This document shows, piece by piece, positions 62,346-64,000 of a stretch of DNA of 64,000 bases. The stretch comes from Eledone cirrhosa. Taxonomy: Eukaryota. Within the stretch, counting starts at the first letter, position 1. Each line of letters opens with the position of its first letter. The notes under the pieces are model-generated. The model was not told where the DNA came from. It did not search any database and was given only the letters and a program-made list of their open reading frames with translations. The translations under genes and the position numbers were made by a program. The DNA lies in NCBI GenBank assembly GCA_964016885.1, contig OZ024743.1, positions 18,290,001 through 18,354,000 on the forward strand. Direction: 5' to 3'.

Positions 62346-62391
<46 letters not shown>

Positions 62392-62396
<5 letters not shown>

Positions 62397-63052
62397 GAAA
62401 AAATGGGGAGAAGAATACTGCAGGTTGCACATGGATAACATGTTATAAAATGAGTCGCTCATCAGTGATTTGCCAAACGATCATAGATATTTCATTGCAT
62501 TAAAAATCATATACCTCACGTTGGTGCAATAATAACTAAATTAAGTTATTAGGACAATTAAAACGCGTAAAGCGAGTGAAACAAGTAAACAACAAAGAGG
62601 GAAGCTAACCGTAGATAGGAAGGGCACAAGCTAGATAGTTATTCTGAAAGCATAAGCTGGGTGAATATATGAGCGCGTAGAAAAAAAAACTTTCGAGATG
62701 AATCCAAATGTAAGAAAGAAGGAAATTGTATTCGTCGCGAACGGGCTGAAGTGAGAAGGGGAGAAACAGTGAGTGAGTTAGTGGAAGTGTGAGAAAGAGG
62801 TCAGTAGAGAGAAAGTGTTAACTGACATGACAGAGGGGGCGAAAGAAAGTAAGAGAAACAGAGAGAACGAGGGAGCAGTAAGAGAGAGAGAGAGAAAAAC
62901 AGAATTGCAGTTTAGGTAAATATATGTGAAAAAATGGGGAGAAGAATACTGCAGGTTGCACATGGATAACATGTTATAAAATGAGTCCCTCATCAGTGAT
63001 TTGCCAACGACCATAGATATTTCATTGCATTAAAAATCATATACCTCAGGTT
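62392..63052. repeat. ~130 bp direct repeat, period ~530 bp, between (TA)n tracts
   Basis: 62392-62522 matches 62922-63052. Confidence 0.82.
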
Positions 63053-64000
63053 ATACTTTGGGAGGGACATGTTGCCAATAAGAAACGTATATATATATAT
63101 ATATATAAATATATATATATATTCGACCCAGCAACCCCACAATTAGAACAGAACTACCTGGATTTTAACGTACGGAATACATACCATCACACCGCTATTA
63201 GCTGCCAACGGAATGGTCACTGGATCATAAATCTCTTAACATCTCTGTCACCCTCTCGCCCTGAATCCACATCAACCCCACTAAGACAAGACAATCAGCA
63301 AAACATTTACCACACAAACATATCAAAAACCCCCATTCACCATCCATTTCGCCGTTGAGTAGCTCCCACTTAATTTATAATTTATTACTTTTTCTTTTAT
63401 CTTTCATTTGTTACCACCTCAGATTCTCTACACGTATCTATGTTTGTTTCGAATATGGCTTTTCATGTTAGCACTCCATCCACCCAAGCATCCTTATACA
63501 GGCACTTACTCACCACCACCACTATTATCAACTATCGTATTCTGTACTTATATGATTTTATTTATGTTTATTTATTTATATTTTTTATTATTTTTACTTT
63601 ATTTTCTTACTTTTTTAATGTATCTTTATATTTCATCTTTTATTTCTCATTTTCTTTTTCTAATAGGATTATATCGATAAACGTTTCAAAAATAAATGGA
63701 ACATTGACAAATAAATGTTCACTGTATACTAAAGATATCTTATGTTTTAATAGATACACGTTATTTTTTCCAACATTCCTTTGTATATTACATTTAAGTT
63801 CTACTTTGTAGTAAATTAGATGGATATTATATTATATAATCATTAATGTTTGTCAATTGGCAGCACTTGTGTTTTTATATAGAGATAGATAGAAAAGATC
63901 ATAAGTAGGTAAGAATACAAAAATATATCGTTATGTATACATAGATGGAACTCCGATAAATTAGACGATGTATGAATGTCAATTCCCTTTCTGAAAAATA

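Larger units (their letters stand above)
61675..62350. mobile_element. Non-coding element with ~190 bp terminal inverted repeats, each carrying a family A HHR
   Basis: 61675-61861 is the reverse complement of 62156-62350, with a pyrimidine-rich spacer. Confidence 0.82.

Overview
AT-rich eukaryotic DNA made almost entirely of repeats, with many (TA)n/(CA)n microsatellites. It is probably from a cephalopod (Octopus-like), an inference from the tRNA-derived SINE and the repeat landscape. No host gene could be supported, and most short ORFs in the track are microsatellite or antisense artefacts. The window holds a decayed autonomous Helitron and a non-autonomous one, about 10 Penelope-like elements (PLE; RT and/or GIY-YIG) or fragments, two R4/Dong-type LINEs, a mariner fragment, a probable solo LTR and SINEs. 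The main signal the ORF track does not show is a dense set of about 25 type I hammerhead ribozyme (HHR) motifs from about 10 sequence families. Most have a palindromic minimal stem III (dimer-type), and three share a compensatory U3:A8 core variant. They sit in PLE pseudo-LTRs and in ORF-less units of about 310-620 nt arranged as partial tandem plus inverted copies, which resemble non-autonomous retrozyme-like elements. All structures were read by eye, not computed, and element boundaries are approximate.
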